Source of the DNA: Blastocatellia bacterium
GTDB taxonomy: Bacteria; Acidobacteriota; Blastocatellia; RBC074
Reading direction: 5' to 3'
Assembly (NCBI GenBank): GCA_049318845.1
Contig: JBMOFH010000001.1
Span: forward strand, 1 to 53,228
DNA length: 53,228 nucleotides
The notes under the pieces were generated by a model. That model made no database searches. It saw only the letters and a list, made by a program, of their open reading frames with translations, and was not told the origin of the DNA. The position numbers were made by a program, and so were the translations under genes. Below are positions 32,951-42,094 of this stretch, piece after piece. Numbering within the stretch: the stretch's first letter is position 1; the number at the start of each line of letters is the position of its first letter.

Positions 32951-34918
32951 ATGTGTGGAATCTGCGGGCTCGCTGGCTTTGCCAATTCGGGGCTTTACGG
33001 TGCCGATGAACCGGCCATCATCGAGCGGATGATGAAGACACTCGTTCATCGCGGGCCGGATGACGGTGGAAGCGAGTATATTCCCGCGCACGATCTTGGA
33101 CTGGGCCATCGTCGACTCAGCATCATCGACCTCTCGGAGCGCGGACGACAGCCGATGTCGAACGAGGATGGGACGCTGCGCATCAGCTTCAACGGCGAGA
33201 TATACAACCACCGTGAACTTAAAGAGACGCTCGATCCGGCACGCCACCAGTTTCGATCCGTAACAGACACCGAAACGATCCTTCATCTCTACGAAGAGCG
33301 CGGGACGGCGGCGTTCGCCGCGCTGAACGGCATGTTCGCGCTCGCACTTTACGATGCACCAAGGCAGCGTCTCTTTCTGGTGCGCGACCAGTTCGGCATC
33401 AAGCCGCTCTACTATTATTCAGCAGGTGGACGATTACTCTTCGGCTCGGAGATCAAATGCCTCCTCGCGACCGGGCACTACACCCCGGAGGTTGACTGGC
33501 AGTCGGTTCATGACTTCTTCTCCTACCTTTATGTCCCTTCGCCACGGACGATGTTTCGCGGAATAAGCCAGGTACCGGCGGCCCACATACTTGAGTACGA
33601 TCTGCGGCAGAGGTGCATTCATTCTATCAGCCGGTACGGGTCTATCAGCCGGTACAAGTCTATCGGCACGACAAAAAATCCGAGGGATTTCGACGAGGAG
33701 TCAGAGATCCGGCGATTGATGACCGCGTCGGTGAAGCGGCAAATGATCAGTGACGTGCCGCTTGGGGCCTTCCTCTCCGGTGGAGTAGATTCGAACATCA
33801 TCGTCGGACTGATGGCCGAGCAGTCATCGCGGCCGGTCAAAACCTTCACGGTCCGCTTCGACGAGCCGGGAATGGAATACTATGACGAGCGACGGGAGGC
33901 ACGTCGGATCGCAGAGAGGTTTGGAACGGAGCACCACGAGCTGCCAATAGATCTGTCACACCCGGAGGAGATGCTCGATCTGCTCGAGTATTTCGACCAG
34001 CCATTTGGAAACACGACCTTTTATCTGACCTCGCTTCTATCGCGTTATACGCGTGAGCACGTGAAAGTGGCCCTCTCGGGCGCGGGCGGCGACGAACTTT
34101 TCGGCGGTTATCCACGCTATCGCGCGGTCCAGGCCATGCGCTGGTTGCGACTAATCCCTGGATGGGCCGGGCGCGCGGCACTCAACCTGCTCAGTCCGCT
34201 CCGTGATCGCTTCGCCGACCGACGACTCCATCGCGTGCGAGCTTTACTGGCCGGACTCGATCCTGACCCGGCAACGCAATATCTGAAATGGGTCTACTAT
34301 CTCGACGAGACGCGCAAGGCGGAACTGCTCCGACCGCGTGCCGACGCTCCGCTCCCATCAGCGCGCATTCTGGCGGATCGGCTGCGTGACATCTCCGCCA
34401 ACTGGCCGACCGAACTTGACGATGGCAATCGATTCTCATTTCTCGATGTCGAGACATTTTTGCCTGATAATCTCCTTGAATATTCAGATCGAATGAGCAT
34501 GGCGTGGTCGCTTGAACTGCGTGTTCCCTTCCTCGACCCTGAACTGGTCGAACTCGCTTTCCGGATTCCATTCAATCGAAAGATGGATCGTCACGGCAGT
34601 AAGCTTTGCCTGCGGCGGGCCTTTGCCGATCTGATCCCCGAGGAGAACCGTGGAATTCCAAAGAAGGGGTTCAATCTTCCGCTTGGTGCCTGGATGCGGA
34701 GTCGCTTTGACCGCTATTTCGACGATCTGTTGCCGCGCGACTATGTCGAACGCGAAGGCATCTTCAATTTCGACGCGATCAGCCGGCTGCGCGATGAGCA
34801 TCGACGCGGGCGGCGTGACAACTCTTATGAGCTCTTCGCCATTCTCTCCTTCGATACCTGGTATCGAAAATACATCACACGGACGCTTCCAATGAAGCTG
34901 TTCCCGGGGATCATATGA
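32951..34918 (+). CDS. Asparagine synthase (glutamine-hydrolysing)-like amidotransferase, paralog 2
   Basis: MCGICGLAGF (Cys2 nucleophile), PP-loop GAFLSGGVDSN, LSGAGGDELFGGY. Confidence 0.92.
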   Translation: MCGICGLAGFANSGLYGADEPAIIERMMKTLVHRGPDDGGSEYIPAHDLGLGHRRLSIIDLSERGRQPMSNEDGTLRISFNGEIYNHRELKETLDPARHQFRSVTDTETILHLYEERGTAAFAALNGMFALALYDAPRQRLFLVRDQFGIKPLYYYSAGGRLLFGSEIKCLLATGHYTPEVDWQSVHDFFSYLYVPSPRTMFRGISQVPAAHILEYDLRQRCIHSISRYGSISRYKSIGTTKNPRDFDEESEIRRLMTASVKRQMISDVPLGAFLSGGVDSNIIVGLMAEQSSRPVKTFTVRFDEPGMEYYDERREARRIAERFGTEHHELPIDLSHPEEMLDLLEYFDQPFGNTTFYLTSLLSRYTREHVKVALSGAGGDELFGGYPRYRAVQAMRWLRLIPGWAGRAALNLLSPLRDRFADRRLHRVRALLAGLDPDPATQYLKWVYYLDETRKAELLRPRADAPLPSARILADRLRDISANWPTELDDGNRFSFLDVETFLPDNLLEYSDRMSMAWSLELRVPFLDPELVELAFRIPFNRKMDRHGSKLCLRRAFADLIPEENRGIPKKGFNLPLGAWMRSRFDRYFDDLLPRDYVEREGIFNFDAISRLRDEHRRGRRDNSYELFAILSFDTWYRKYITRTLPMKLFPGII

Positions 34919-37059
34919 AACAGGTTATTCAGCATTTTCGTTCCGGAGTACTGCGAGTGGAGGAGGTGCCAGAGACGATCTGCCAGCCGGGCGGGATACT
35001 GGTCTCCAACGTGAGTTCGCTGATCAGCGCCGGGACGGAGAAGATGGCGATCGACCTGGCGCGGAGATCACTGGTAGGCAAGGCGCGTGAGCGTCCCGAT
35101 CTCGTCCGACAGGTAATGCAGAAGATCCGGCGTGACGGGCTTGCCAGCACACTGCAGACGGTCCGCGCACGTCTCGAAACACCGCTCGCTCTTGGCTACA
35201 GTTGCGCCGGCATAGTCCGGGAAGTCGGACGCGGGGTGACGGAGTTTCAGGTTGGAGATCGTGTCGCCTGCGCAGGCATGAACTATGCGTCACACGCCGA
35301 GACGGTCTTCGTGCCAAAGAATCTGGCAGTCCGGATACCAGGGGAGCTCTCCTTCGATCACGCCGCATTCGTTACGCTGGGGGCGATTGCCCTGCAGGGA
35401 GTGCGGACAGCCGAGGTTCGACTTGGTGAGTCTGTCGCGGTAATCGGGCTTGGCCTGCTCGGACAGTTGACGTTGCAGATCCTGAAATCGGCTGGTTGCA
35501 AGGTGGTCGGAATCGATCTTGATCCGGTAAAAATCGATCTTGCGCTTACACTTGGCGCCGATGCGGCCTGCCTCCGAAGCGGAGATGTCACCGGCACCGT
35601 CTCGCGTCACACTGATGGCGCCGGAGTCGATGCCGTGATCATCACCGCCGCGGCAGAGACGAACGATCCGGTCGAACTCGCCGCCCTCATCGCACGCGAC
35701 CGTGCTATCGTCTCGGTCGTCGGTGCCGTCGGCATGAACCTGCCCCGAAAACCCTACTACGAAAAAGAGCTCCAATTGCGGACGTCACGCTCATATGGCC
35801 CCGGGCGCTATGACCGCCAGTACGAAGAACTCGGGATCGATTATCCGATCGGCTATGTCAGATGGACGGAGCGGCGCAATATGCAGGAATTTCTGCGCCT
35901 TGCCGCCAATCGATCGATCGACCTCGACCGGCTGATCTCGCATCGCTTTCCGATCGAGGAGGCGGAGAAGGCCTATGGAATAATCACCACCCCAAATAGT
36001 GCCAATAGTGGCGCATACCTTGGGATTCTCCTCGGCTATCGCCCCGCAGTGGCCAGCCCGTCCGGGCCCGGGGCAATCAGGCTGCCGGCCTCTGATCGGC
36101 AGCGGCGGCACGGATCGATCGGTCTCGGAATGATCGGAGCCGGCAATTTCGCGAAGAGCGTCCTCCTGCCACGAATCGCCGCTCGCAAACAGTTCGAGCT
36201 GATCGGGATTGCCACCGCAACTGGAAAGAATGCCCTCGCGATCGGGACACAGTTCGGCTTTCGCAACTGCACAACCGATTATCGGGAACTGCTTGGAGAT
36301 CCCGATATCGATGCAATAATCATCGCAACCCGCCACGAGAGCCACGCCCGAATGGTGACCGCGGCGCTCGAAGGCGGCAAGGCAGTCTTCGTCGAAAAAC
36401 CGCTGGCAATCGATGCCGCCGGTCTGCAAAGTGTAACCGAAGCCGCCACGCCGGGGGGGCGGGTACTTGTCGGCTTCAACCGCCGCTACGCGCCACTCAG
36501 CGTTGAGATGAAAAGATTCCTTGGTGAGGCCGGTCCGCTGGCGATCTCATATCGCGTCAATGCCGGCATGATACCGCGCGAAAGCTGGATCCAGGGGGAT
36601 GAAGGCGGCGGCCGTATCATCGGCGAATGCTGCCATTTCGTCGATCTGATGCAGTTTCTGACCGGAGCCGATCCAATTGGTGTCTACGCCGTGCAACATC
36701 CCGACGGCCCCGACACCCTGAGCGCGGTGATCCGCTTCAGTGATGGCTCGATCGGGTCGCTCAACTATTTCGCCAACGGTGACAGGAGTCTCCCCAAGGA
36801 ACGAATCGAGGCTTTTGCCGGCAGCCGGACTGCCGTCCTCGACGATTTCAGGAGCCTTGAACTGCGCCAGGACGGCAAACAGCGAACCATCCGCAAGAGC
36901 GGTCAGGACAAGGGATTCGACGCCGAGATCGGGGCTTTTCTGAACGCGATTCAGACCGGTGGCCCAATGCCGATCTCACTCGAAAGTCAGATTCTGACGA
37001 CACGCGCAACCTTTGCCATCGAAGAGTCGATGCGCACCGGCAAGGCAGTCACCCTGTGA
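34915..37059 (+). CDS. Bi-domain oxidoreductase: N-terminal Zn-dependent alcohol-dehydrogenase-like (MDR) domain plus C-terminal Gfo/Idh/MocA domain
   Basis: The N-terminal half has an MDR Rossmann motif VAVIGLGLLGQL. The C-terminal half has IGLGMIGAGNFA...DAIIIATRHESH...GKAVFVEKPLA, typical of GFO/IDH/MocA. ATGA overlap with the upstream gene. Confidence 0.88.
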   Translation: MKQVIQHFRSGVLRVEEVPETICQPGGILVSNVSSLISAGTEKMAIDLARRSLVGKARERPDLVRQVMQKIRRDGLASTLQTVRARLETPLALGYSCAGIVREVGRGVTEFQVGDRVACAGMNYASHAETVFVPKNLAVRIPGELSFDHAAFVTLGAIALQGVRTAEVRLGESVAVIGLGLLGQLTLQILKSAGCKVVGIDLDPVKIDLALTLGADAACLRSGDVTGTVSRHTDGAGVDAVIITAAAETNDPVELAALIARDRAIVSVVGAVGMNLPRKPYYEKELQLRTSRSYGPGRYDRQYEELGIDYPIGYVRWTERRNMQEFLRLAANRSIDLDRLISHRFPIEEAEKAYGIITTPNSANSGAYLGILLGYRPAVASPSGPGAIRLPASDRQRRHGSIGLGMIGAGNFAKSVLLPRIAARKQFELIGIATATGKNALAIGTQFGFRNCTTDYRELLGDPDIDAIIIATRHESHARMVTAALEGGKAVFVEKPLAIDAAGLQSVTEAATPGGRVLVGFNRRYAPLSVEMKRFLGEAGPLAISYRVNAGMIPRESWIQGDEGGGRIIGECCHFVDLMQFLTGADPIGVYAVQHPDGPDTLSAVIRFSDGSIGSLNYFANGDRSLPKERIEAFAGSRTAVLDDFRSLELRQDGKQRTIRKSGQDKGFDAEIGAFLNAIQTGGPMPISLESQILTTRATFAIEESMRTGKAVTL

Positions 37060-38855
37060 AGATCGCACGGCTCATCCACACCATCAGCCCATTGCGATGG
37101 CGGCAGATCGCCTATCGCCCCTGGCGCATCGTGCAGAAGCGGCTCTACCGCCGCTTCCCGCGGCTGACCACGAAATGGGTGATCGATTCGGTCTCTTCCC
37201 CAGCGGTTCCGGAAAAGTCGCGGCTGGCATTCAGAAACCTGCTGCTGCAGGATCTTCTCCACCTCACACCCAGCCCGGAGAGTATCAAAGTCACGGCACA
37301 GGAGATGTGTGAGGGGAAATTTTCATTTCTCAACCAGACGATCCAACTTGGAATCCCCGACTGGAACAAGCGTCACGGCAGCCATCTCTGGAATTTCCAG
37401 CTCCACTATTTCACCTTTACAGTCGCTTGCGCGAGACAATACCTGGAGACCCGGTCAACTGAGGACTTCGGCCCGTGTCGCCGCCTGATCGAGAGCTGGA
37501 TCACAACTGCAAAGCCCGGAGCAAGCGACGGCTGGGACGCCTACCCGGTCTCGCTTCGGGTCGTCAACTGGATCTATGGTCACGCGTTGATCTCTGCCCA
37601 CTACCCTGATCAGGAGTTCCTCGATCGCTGGAGCAGCTCGATCTGGCGACAGCTCGACTTTCTTTCAAGCCATCTCGAATACCACCTGCTCGCCAATCAC
37701 CTTTTCAAAAATATCAAGGCACTGGTAATCGGGGGACTATACTTCAATAATCCGGTCTGGCTGGCAAAAGGTGAGCGGCTGCTCTGGCGTGAAGTCGATG
37801 AACAGGTGCTACCGGATGGAGGACATTTCGAACGCGCGCCAATGTACCACGCGCAGACCCTCGCCGACCTGATCGAGTGCGTCACAATGCTCCGCCATTT
37901 CAACCGCCCGGTTCCGAAAGGTGCCGACAATATCGATGCGCGGATCGAAAAGATGGCCGACTTCCTGGAAGCACTCAGCTACCGTGACAACCGGCTGGCA
38001 CTCTTCAACGACTCAGCCAATTCGCCTGAAACACGCCCCGGGCCGATCATCAAGTCCGCACGCCACGCCACAAATGCAGCCTCACGACCCATCCCGACCG
38101 ATTTCCCATCGACCGGCTACTACATCTGGGAATCATCGGATGGAGAAGAGAAGATCATCGTCGATGCCGGACCACCTTCTATCGACTACAATACGGCCCA
38201 TGCCCACTGCGACCTGCTCAGCTTCGAGCTTCAACTTGGAGGGCGTCCCTGGATTGTCGATACCGGCGTTCACGGATATGGCGGCGATCCATATCGCCAA
38301 TACTGCCGTTCGACACGTGCCCATAATACCGTCATGGTCGATGGTCACGAACAATCGGAGATCTGGTCGACTTTTCGTCTCGGTCGTGCAGCCAGACTGA
38401 TCGGAGCATCGACTCATCATCAGAATGATTGCTGGGAGTTCCGTGGCCGCGCCTCACACTATGCCCGCCCCCGGCGGCTTCACGAACGGCGGATTGAACG
38501 TGACCAGAATGGTGCCTGGACAATCGAAGACCGGATCAGTGGTGGCACTTTCCGGTTTGCCGAAAGCTTCCTCCACCTTCATCCGGATGTTGATGTTTCC
38601 CCCCTCTCTGATGGATCATACCTCTTGCGAAATGGAGACAGAGTCTGCAATCTGAGCCCGATTGGCACGATCGATCTCGAACTTGTCGAGGCAGGCAATA
38701 GCGGCCCTGACGGATGGTACTTCCCCGAGTTCGGGCTTGCAGAACCGGGAAGAATGTTCGTCGGTCGATTCACCGGCCAGCCCGGCGCCCCGTTCGGCTT
38801 CCGCATCATCCCGACCGAACAGCTCTTTCCCGTTCACGCGCCGCGCTCATTGTGA
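37056..38855 (+). CDS. Heparinase II/III-family protein
   Basis: WDAYPVSLRVVNWI..., GGHFERAPMYH..., HAHCDLLSFELQLGGRPWIVDTGVHGYGGDP...RSTRAHNTVMVDG. GTGA overlap with the upstream gene. Confidence 0.85.
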   Translation: MKIARLIHTISPLRWRQIAYRPWRIVQKRLYRRFPRLTTKWVIDSVSSPAVPEKSRLAFRNLLLQDLLHLTPSPESIKVTAQEMCEGKFSFLNQTIQLGIPDWNKRHGSHLWNFQLHYFTFTVACARQYLETRSTEDFGPCRRLIESWITTAKPGASDGWDAYPVSLRVVNWIYGHALISAHYPDQEFLDRWSSSIWRQLDFLSSHLEYHLLANHLFKNIKALVIGGLYFNNPVWLAKGERLLWREVDEQVLPDGGHFERAPMYHAQTLADLIECVTMLRHFNRPVPKGADNIDARIEKMADFLEALSYRDNRLALFNDSANSPETRPGPIIKSARHATNAASRPIPTDFPSTGYYIWESSDGEEKIIVDAGPPSIDYNTAHAHCDLLSFELQLGGRPWIVDTGVHGYGGDPYRQYCRSTRAHNTVMVDGHEQSEIWSTFRLGRAARLIGASTHHQNDCWEFRGRASHYARPRRLHERRIERDQNGAWTIEDRISGGTFRFAESFLHLHPDVDVSPLSDGSYLLRNGDRVCNLSPIGTIDLELVEAGNSGPDGWYFPEFGLAEPGRMFVGRFTGQPGAPFGFRIIPTEQLFPVHAPRSL

Positions 38856-38877
38856 GACTTTCTGACCCGATACGGAG

Positions 38878-40134
38878 ATGCGCCAACTGCGAATCACATT
38901 TCTCTGCCAATATTTCCCCCCCGAAATGGGTGCTCCGGCGGCCCGGACATTCGAGCACGCACGCCATTGGGCAGTGCTCGGCCACGACGTGACCGTCATC
39001 ACCGGCTTCCCCAACCACCCGACCGGCATAATTCGACCGGAGTATCGTGGAATGTTCACCAAACGTGAGCAGATCGAGGGGATCGATCTGCTGCGCACCT
39101 GGGTCTACTGTGCTCCGAACAAGGGCTTTCTGAAGCGTGTTCTGAACTTCCTCTCATTCTTCTTCTCGTCGCTGATCCTTGGAGCCTTCCGGACAGAAAA
39201 ACCGGATGTAGTAATCGGAACATCACCGCAATTCTTCTGCGCCGTCGCCGCCTGGCTGCTCAGCCGCTGGAAACGGGTCCCTTTCGTCTTCGAAGTTCGC
39301 GACATCTGGCCACAATCGGCAATCGAACTCGGCGCACTGAAGAGCCGACTCGTGATCCGGATTCTCGAAGGAATCGAGCAGATTCTCTACCACGAGGCTT
39401 CACTGATCGTCGTCGTCGCCGAATCGACCCGACCCTACCTTCTCAGTAAAGGCATCGCCGCGGAGAAGATCGCAATAGTCCAAAATGGGATCGACCTCCA
39501 GTTCCTCGCCGGTGCCACACGGAGTCCGGAAAATATCCGCCAGGAGCACCACTGGGAGGATAAGTTCCTTGTCTCCTACATCGGAACTCACGGAATGTCG
39601 CATGCGTTGGAGTTTCTGCTTGCCGCCGCCCATCAACTTGAGAATGAACCTTCCATCCACTTTCTCTTCGTCGGCGAAGGAGCGGAAAAGAGTCGCCTGC
39701 TCGATATTGCCGCGGCAACCCGACTCCGAAACGTCACCTTTCTGGGGGAGCAACCGCGCGAAGAGCTGCCATCATTCTACCGCGCAACCGACATCGGTCT
39801 CGTCCCACTCCGCCGACTTCCCATCTTTACCAGGGTTCTCCCCTCGAAACTCTTCGAATTGATGGGGGCTGGCTGTCCGATTATTTGCAGTGTCGAAGGG
39901 GAAGCGGCACAATTGGTCGAACGATCAGGCGCCGGAATCTGCATCGAACCGGAGAATGTTTCGGCGCTCTGCGATGCGATCCTCAGTCTGCGTGACAATC
40001 CCGAAGTCAGGCGGGAGATGAGCCAGGCCGGACAGGAGTTTGTGCGAACCAACTACTCGCGAACCGCCCTTGCGGAGAAGTATCTCGAAGCCCTATGCGG
40101 ACGTATCTCACCCTCTTCATCATCTCGACGCTGA
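38878..40134 (+). CDS. Glycosyltransferase family 4, WbuB-like
   Basis: ITFLCQYFPPEMGAPAARTFEHARHWAVLGHDVTVITGFPNHPTG... and C-terminal LPSKLFELMGAGCPII. Confidence 0.85.
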   Translation: MRQLRITFLCQYFPPEMGAPAARTFEHARHWAVLGHDVTVITGFPNHPTGIIRPEYRGMFTKREQIEGIDLLRTWVYCAPNKGFLKRVLNFLSFFFSSLILGAFRTEKPDVVIGTSPQFFCAVAAWLLSRWKRVPFVFEVRDIWPQSAIELGALKSRLVIRILEGIEQILYHEASLIVVVAESTRPYLLSKGIAAEKIAIVQNGIDLQFLAGATRSPENIRQEHHWEDKFLVSYIGTHGMSHALEFLLAAAHQLENEPSIHFLFVGEGAEKSRLLDIAAATRLRNVTFLGEQPREELPSFYRATDIGLVPLRRLPIFTRVLPSKLFELMGAGCPIICSVEGEAAQLVERSGAGICIEPENVSALCDAILSLRDNPEVRREMSQAGQEFVRTNYSRTALAEKYLEALCGRISPSSSSRR

Positions 40135-41555
40135 GCGCACTGCTGCTCACTCCATTCATCCGCCGCAAGGCGGTGGAGTGGGGAGCGGTCGCCATCCCGG
40201 ACAAGGGCCGTCACATTCACGCCGCACCAACGCCGCGACTCGGTGGAATTGCCATCTACATCGCCTTTCTGCTGACTCTCTGCCTTGTTCCACTCAGTGG
40301 CAACCTGGTCAGCGACATCTTCGTCGCCAACCTCCCGCGCATCGTCGCGTTGCTCATACCCGCGACGTTCATCTTCGCCTTCGGAATTTACGACGACTTT
40401 CGCGGTGCCGATGCTCCGGTCAAGATCGTATTTCAGACAATCGCGGCATCGTACCTCTTCGCGAGCGGACTTCGGATCGAGAACCTCTCCTCGCCTTTTG
40501 GGGGACACTGGAAACTCCCACTGCTGCTCAGCTTCGCGCTGACTGCACTCTGGGTAATTCTGATCACCAACGCCTTCAACCTGATCGATGGCATCGACGG
40601 ACTGGCGGCCGGTGCCTCGATCTTTGCCCTGCTCTCCATTCTCATCTTCTCGATCGCCCAGGGCAATCCGGAGATCAGCCTGCTCTCAGTCCCCCTGCTC
40701 GGCGCGGTACTCGGTTTTCTTCGCTACAACTTCAATCCGGCGACAATCTTTCTTGGAGATTCCGGGAGCCTCTTCCTCGGGTTCATGGCGGCCGCCCTCT
40801 CGCTGGCCGGCTCACAAAAGGGCTCGACGATCGTGGCCATCGCCATTCCACTCGTCTCGTTTGGCCTGCCACTGACCGAGGCCGGACTTTCACTCGCCCG
40901 CCGCTTCCTGAGCGGCGCACCACTTCTGGCCGGAGATCGCGGTCACATCCATCACCGCCTGCTCGACCGCGGACTGACCCAGCGGCAGGCCGCAATCCTG
41001 CTCTACGCCGTCTGCGGCCTCTTCTCACTCTTCGGCCTCATGCTGCTCAATCCACAGCGAAATATCGCGGCCCTCGTCTTCTTCATCATTGGCGTCGGTC
41101 TGATCTTCGGCGTTCAGCACCTTCGCTATCCGGAATTCAGCGAACTTGGCAGCCAGATCCGACGCAGTGTCCATCGTCGCCGCCGAACCATTGCCGCCAA
41201 TGTCCGCCTCCGTCGCCTTGTCACCGACCTCGATCAGGTCACCTCCGTCGACGAGTTGGTCGCCGCCCTCACCAGGTTGCCGATTAGTGACGAGTTCGAC
41301 GCGGTAAGACTTGAAGTCACCAGCGGCACGACTCTCTGGAACTGGAACCGTGACGCTCAGCACTGCCCAACCGAGGCGCATACCTGGAGACTCACGGTTC
41401 CTCTCCTCGGCGAGAATGCCACCCCACTCGGAAGGATCACCTTCGACCGCGATCTCCTCCGCGGCGCGCCCGTGGTCGAGCTGGCGGCCCTCTGCGAAAA
41501 CCTGGCCCGCGAGGTCGAGAGTGCTCTGAGGAAGATTCAGGGGATGAATGGTTGA
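40095..41555 (+). CDS. Polyprenyl-phosphate sugar-1-phosphate transferase (MraY/WecA family) with a C-terminal cytoplasmic extension of about 140 aa
   Basis: PTPRLGGIAIY, ITNAFNLIDGIDGLAAG, FLGDSGSLFLGF, HIHHRL. The TM core ends near aa 340. Residues 345-486 have no family I recognise. Confidence 0.88.
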   Translation: MRTYLTLFIISTLSALLLTPFIRRKAVEWGAVAIPDKGRHIHAAPTPRLGGIAIYIAFLLTLCLVPLSGNLVSDIFVANLPRIVALLIPATFIFAFGIYDDFRGADAPVKIVFQTIAASYLFASGLRIENLSSPFGGHWKLPLLLSFALTALWVILITNAFNLIDGIDGLAAGASIFALLSILIFSIAQGNPEISLLSVPLLGAVLGFLRYNFNPATIFLGDSGSLFLGFMAAALSLAGSQKGSTIVAIAIPLVSFGLPLTEAGLSLARRFLSGAPLLAGDRGHIHHRLLDRGLTQRQAAILLYAVCGLFSLFGLMLLNPQRNIAALVFFIIGVGLIFGVQHLRYPEFSELGSQIRRSVHRRRRTIAANVRLRRLVTDLDQVTSVDELVAALTRLPISDEFDAVRLEVTSGTTLWNWNRDAQHCPTEAHTWRLTVPLLGENATPLGRITFDRDLLRGAPVVELAALCENLAREVESALRKIQGMNG

Positions 41556-41889
41556 TATCGAGCCTTGACACAATACGACCGACTAGGAACGAAGGCCAAT
41601 GATGGGTATAACGACTGGCAGCCCTTTACGAGCCGTCCGGAAATGAACGAGATGACCGGGTGTTCATGGATGCCCGGAATCAGCCTTCACCATCAGCGGA
41701 ATCCGCGTCAAACTCTAACGCCGAATCAATCGGGACTTCCGAGTTCAGTATGGATCCGCTGGCAGAGATTCCCGATTGGACCAACCGCCCGATGCCAAAT
41801 GGCTCTCTTGTAGAGTGGACAGCCAAGGCCGATCCAAGCCAATATCACGAATCCATCCACATCACCAACAACTTTCCCGGTATCCGTAG

Positions 41890-41910
41890 GGGCAGGCCTT
41901 GTGCCTGCCC
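41890..41910. other. GC-rich hairpin GGGCAGGC-cttgt-GCCTGCCC at the left edge of the AT-rich island
   Basis: Perfect 8-bp stem 41890-41897 / 41903-41910 with a 5-nt loop. No U-tract follows. Confidence 0.5.
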
Positions 41911-42094
41911 TGGTTCCGGCTGAACGGGTCGATGCCAGACGAAGCAGTACATCATCTCCCGAATTTTCACCCTTCCCACACTAAAACCGGAATCTCCATC
42001 TTTTTCACCGCCCCTGGACGTTAAGGGGAACAAAGCGCTATCATTGCTAGCAGTTTTTCCCAGAGTTGAAATAGTGTATTGAGGCTAAAATGCT

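Noticed and set aside
41160-41177. RRxxxR (RRSVHR) motif suggesting a PilZ c-di-GMP-binding domain in the WecA tail
   Set aside because: I could not find the obligatory downstream (D/N)xSxxG motif (no S followed by G at +3 in the next 60 residues), so a canonical PilZ call is unsupported.
40040-41287. 415-aa plus-strand ORF in an alternative frame over the wecA-like gene
   Set aside because: The translation is extremely Pro/Arg/Ser-rich and non-globular. The overlapping frame encodes a complete MraY/WecA-family protein.
41565-41923. 82-aa and 87-aa plus-strand ORFs between the glycan operon and the RM island
   Set aside because: They have no ribosome-binding site and no motif, they overlap each other in different frames, and one runs into the GC hairpin. 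This is more likely non-coding junction DNA or a decayed remnant.
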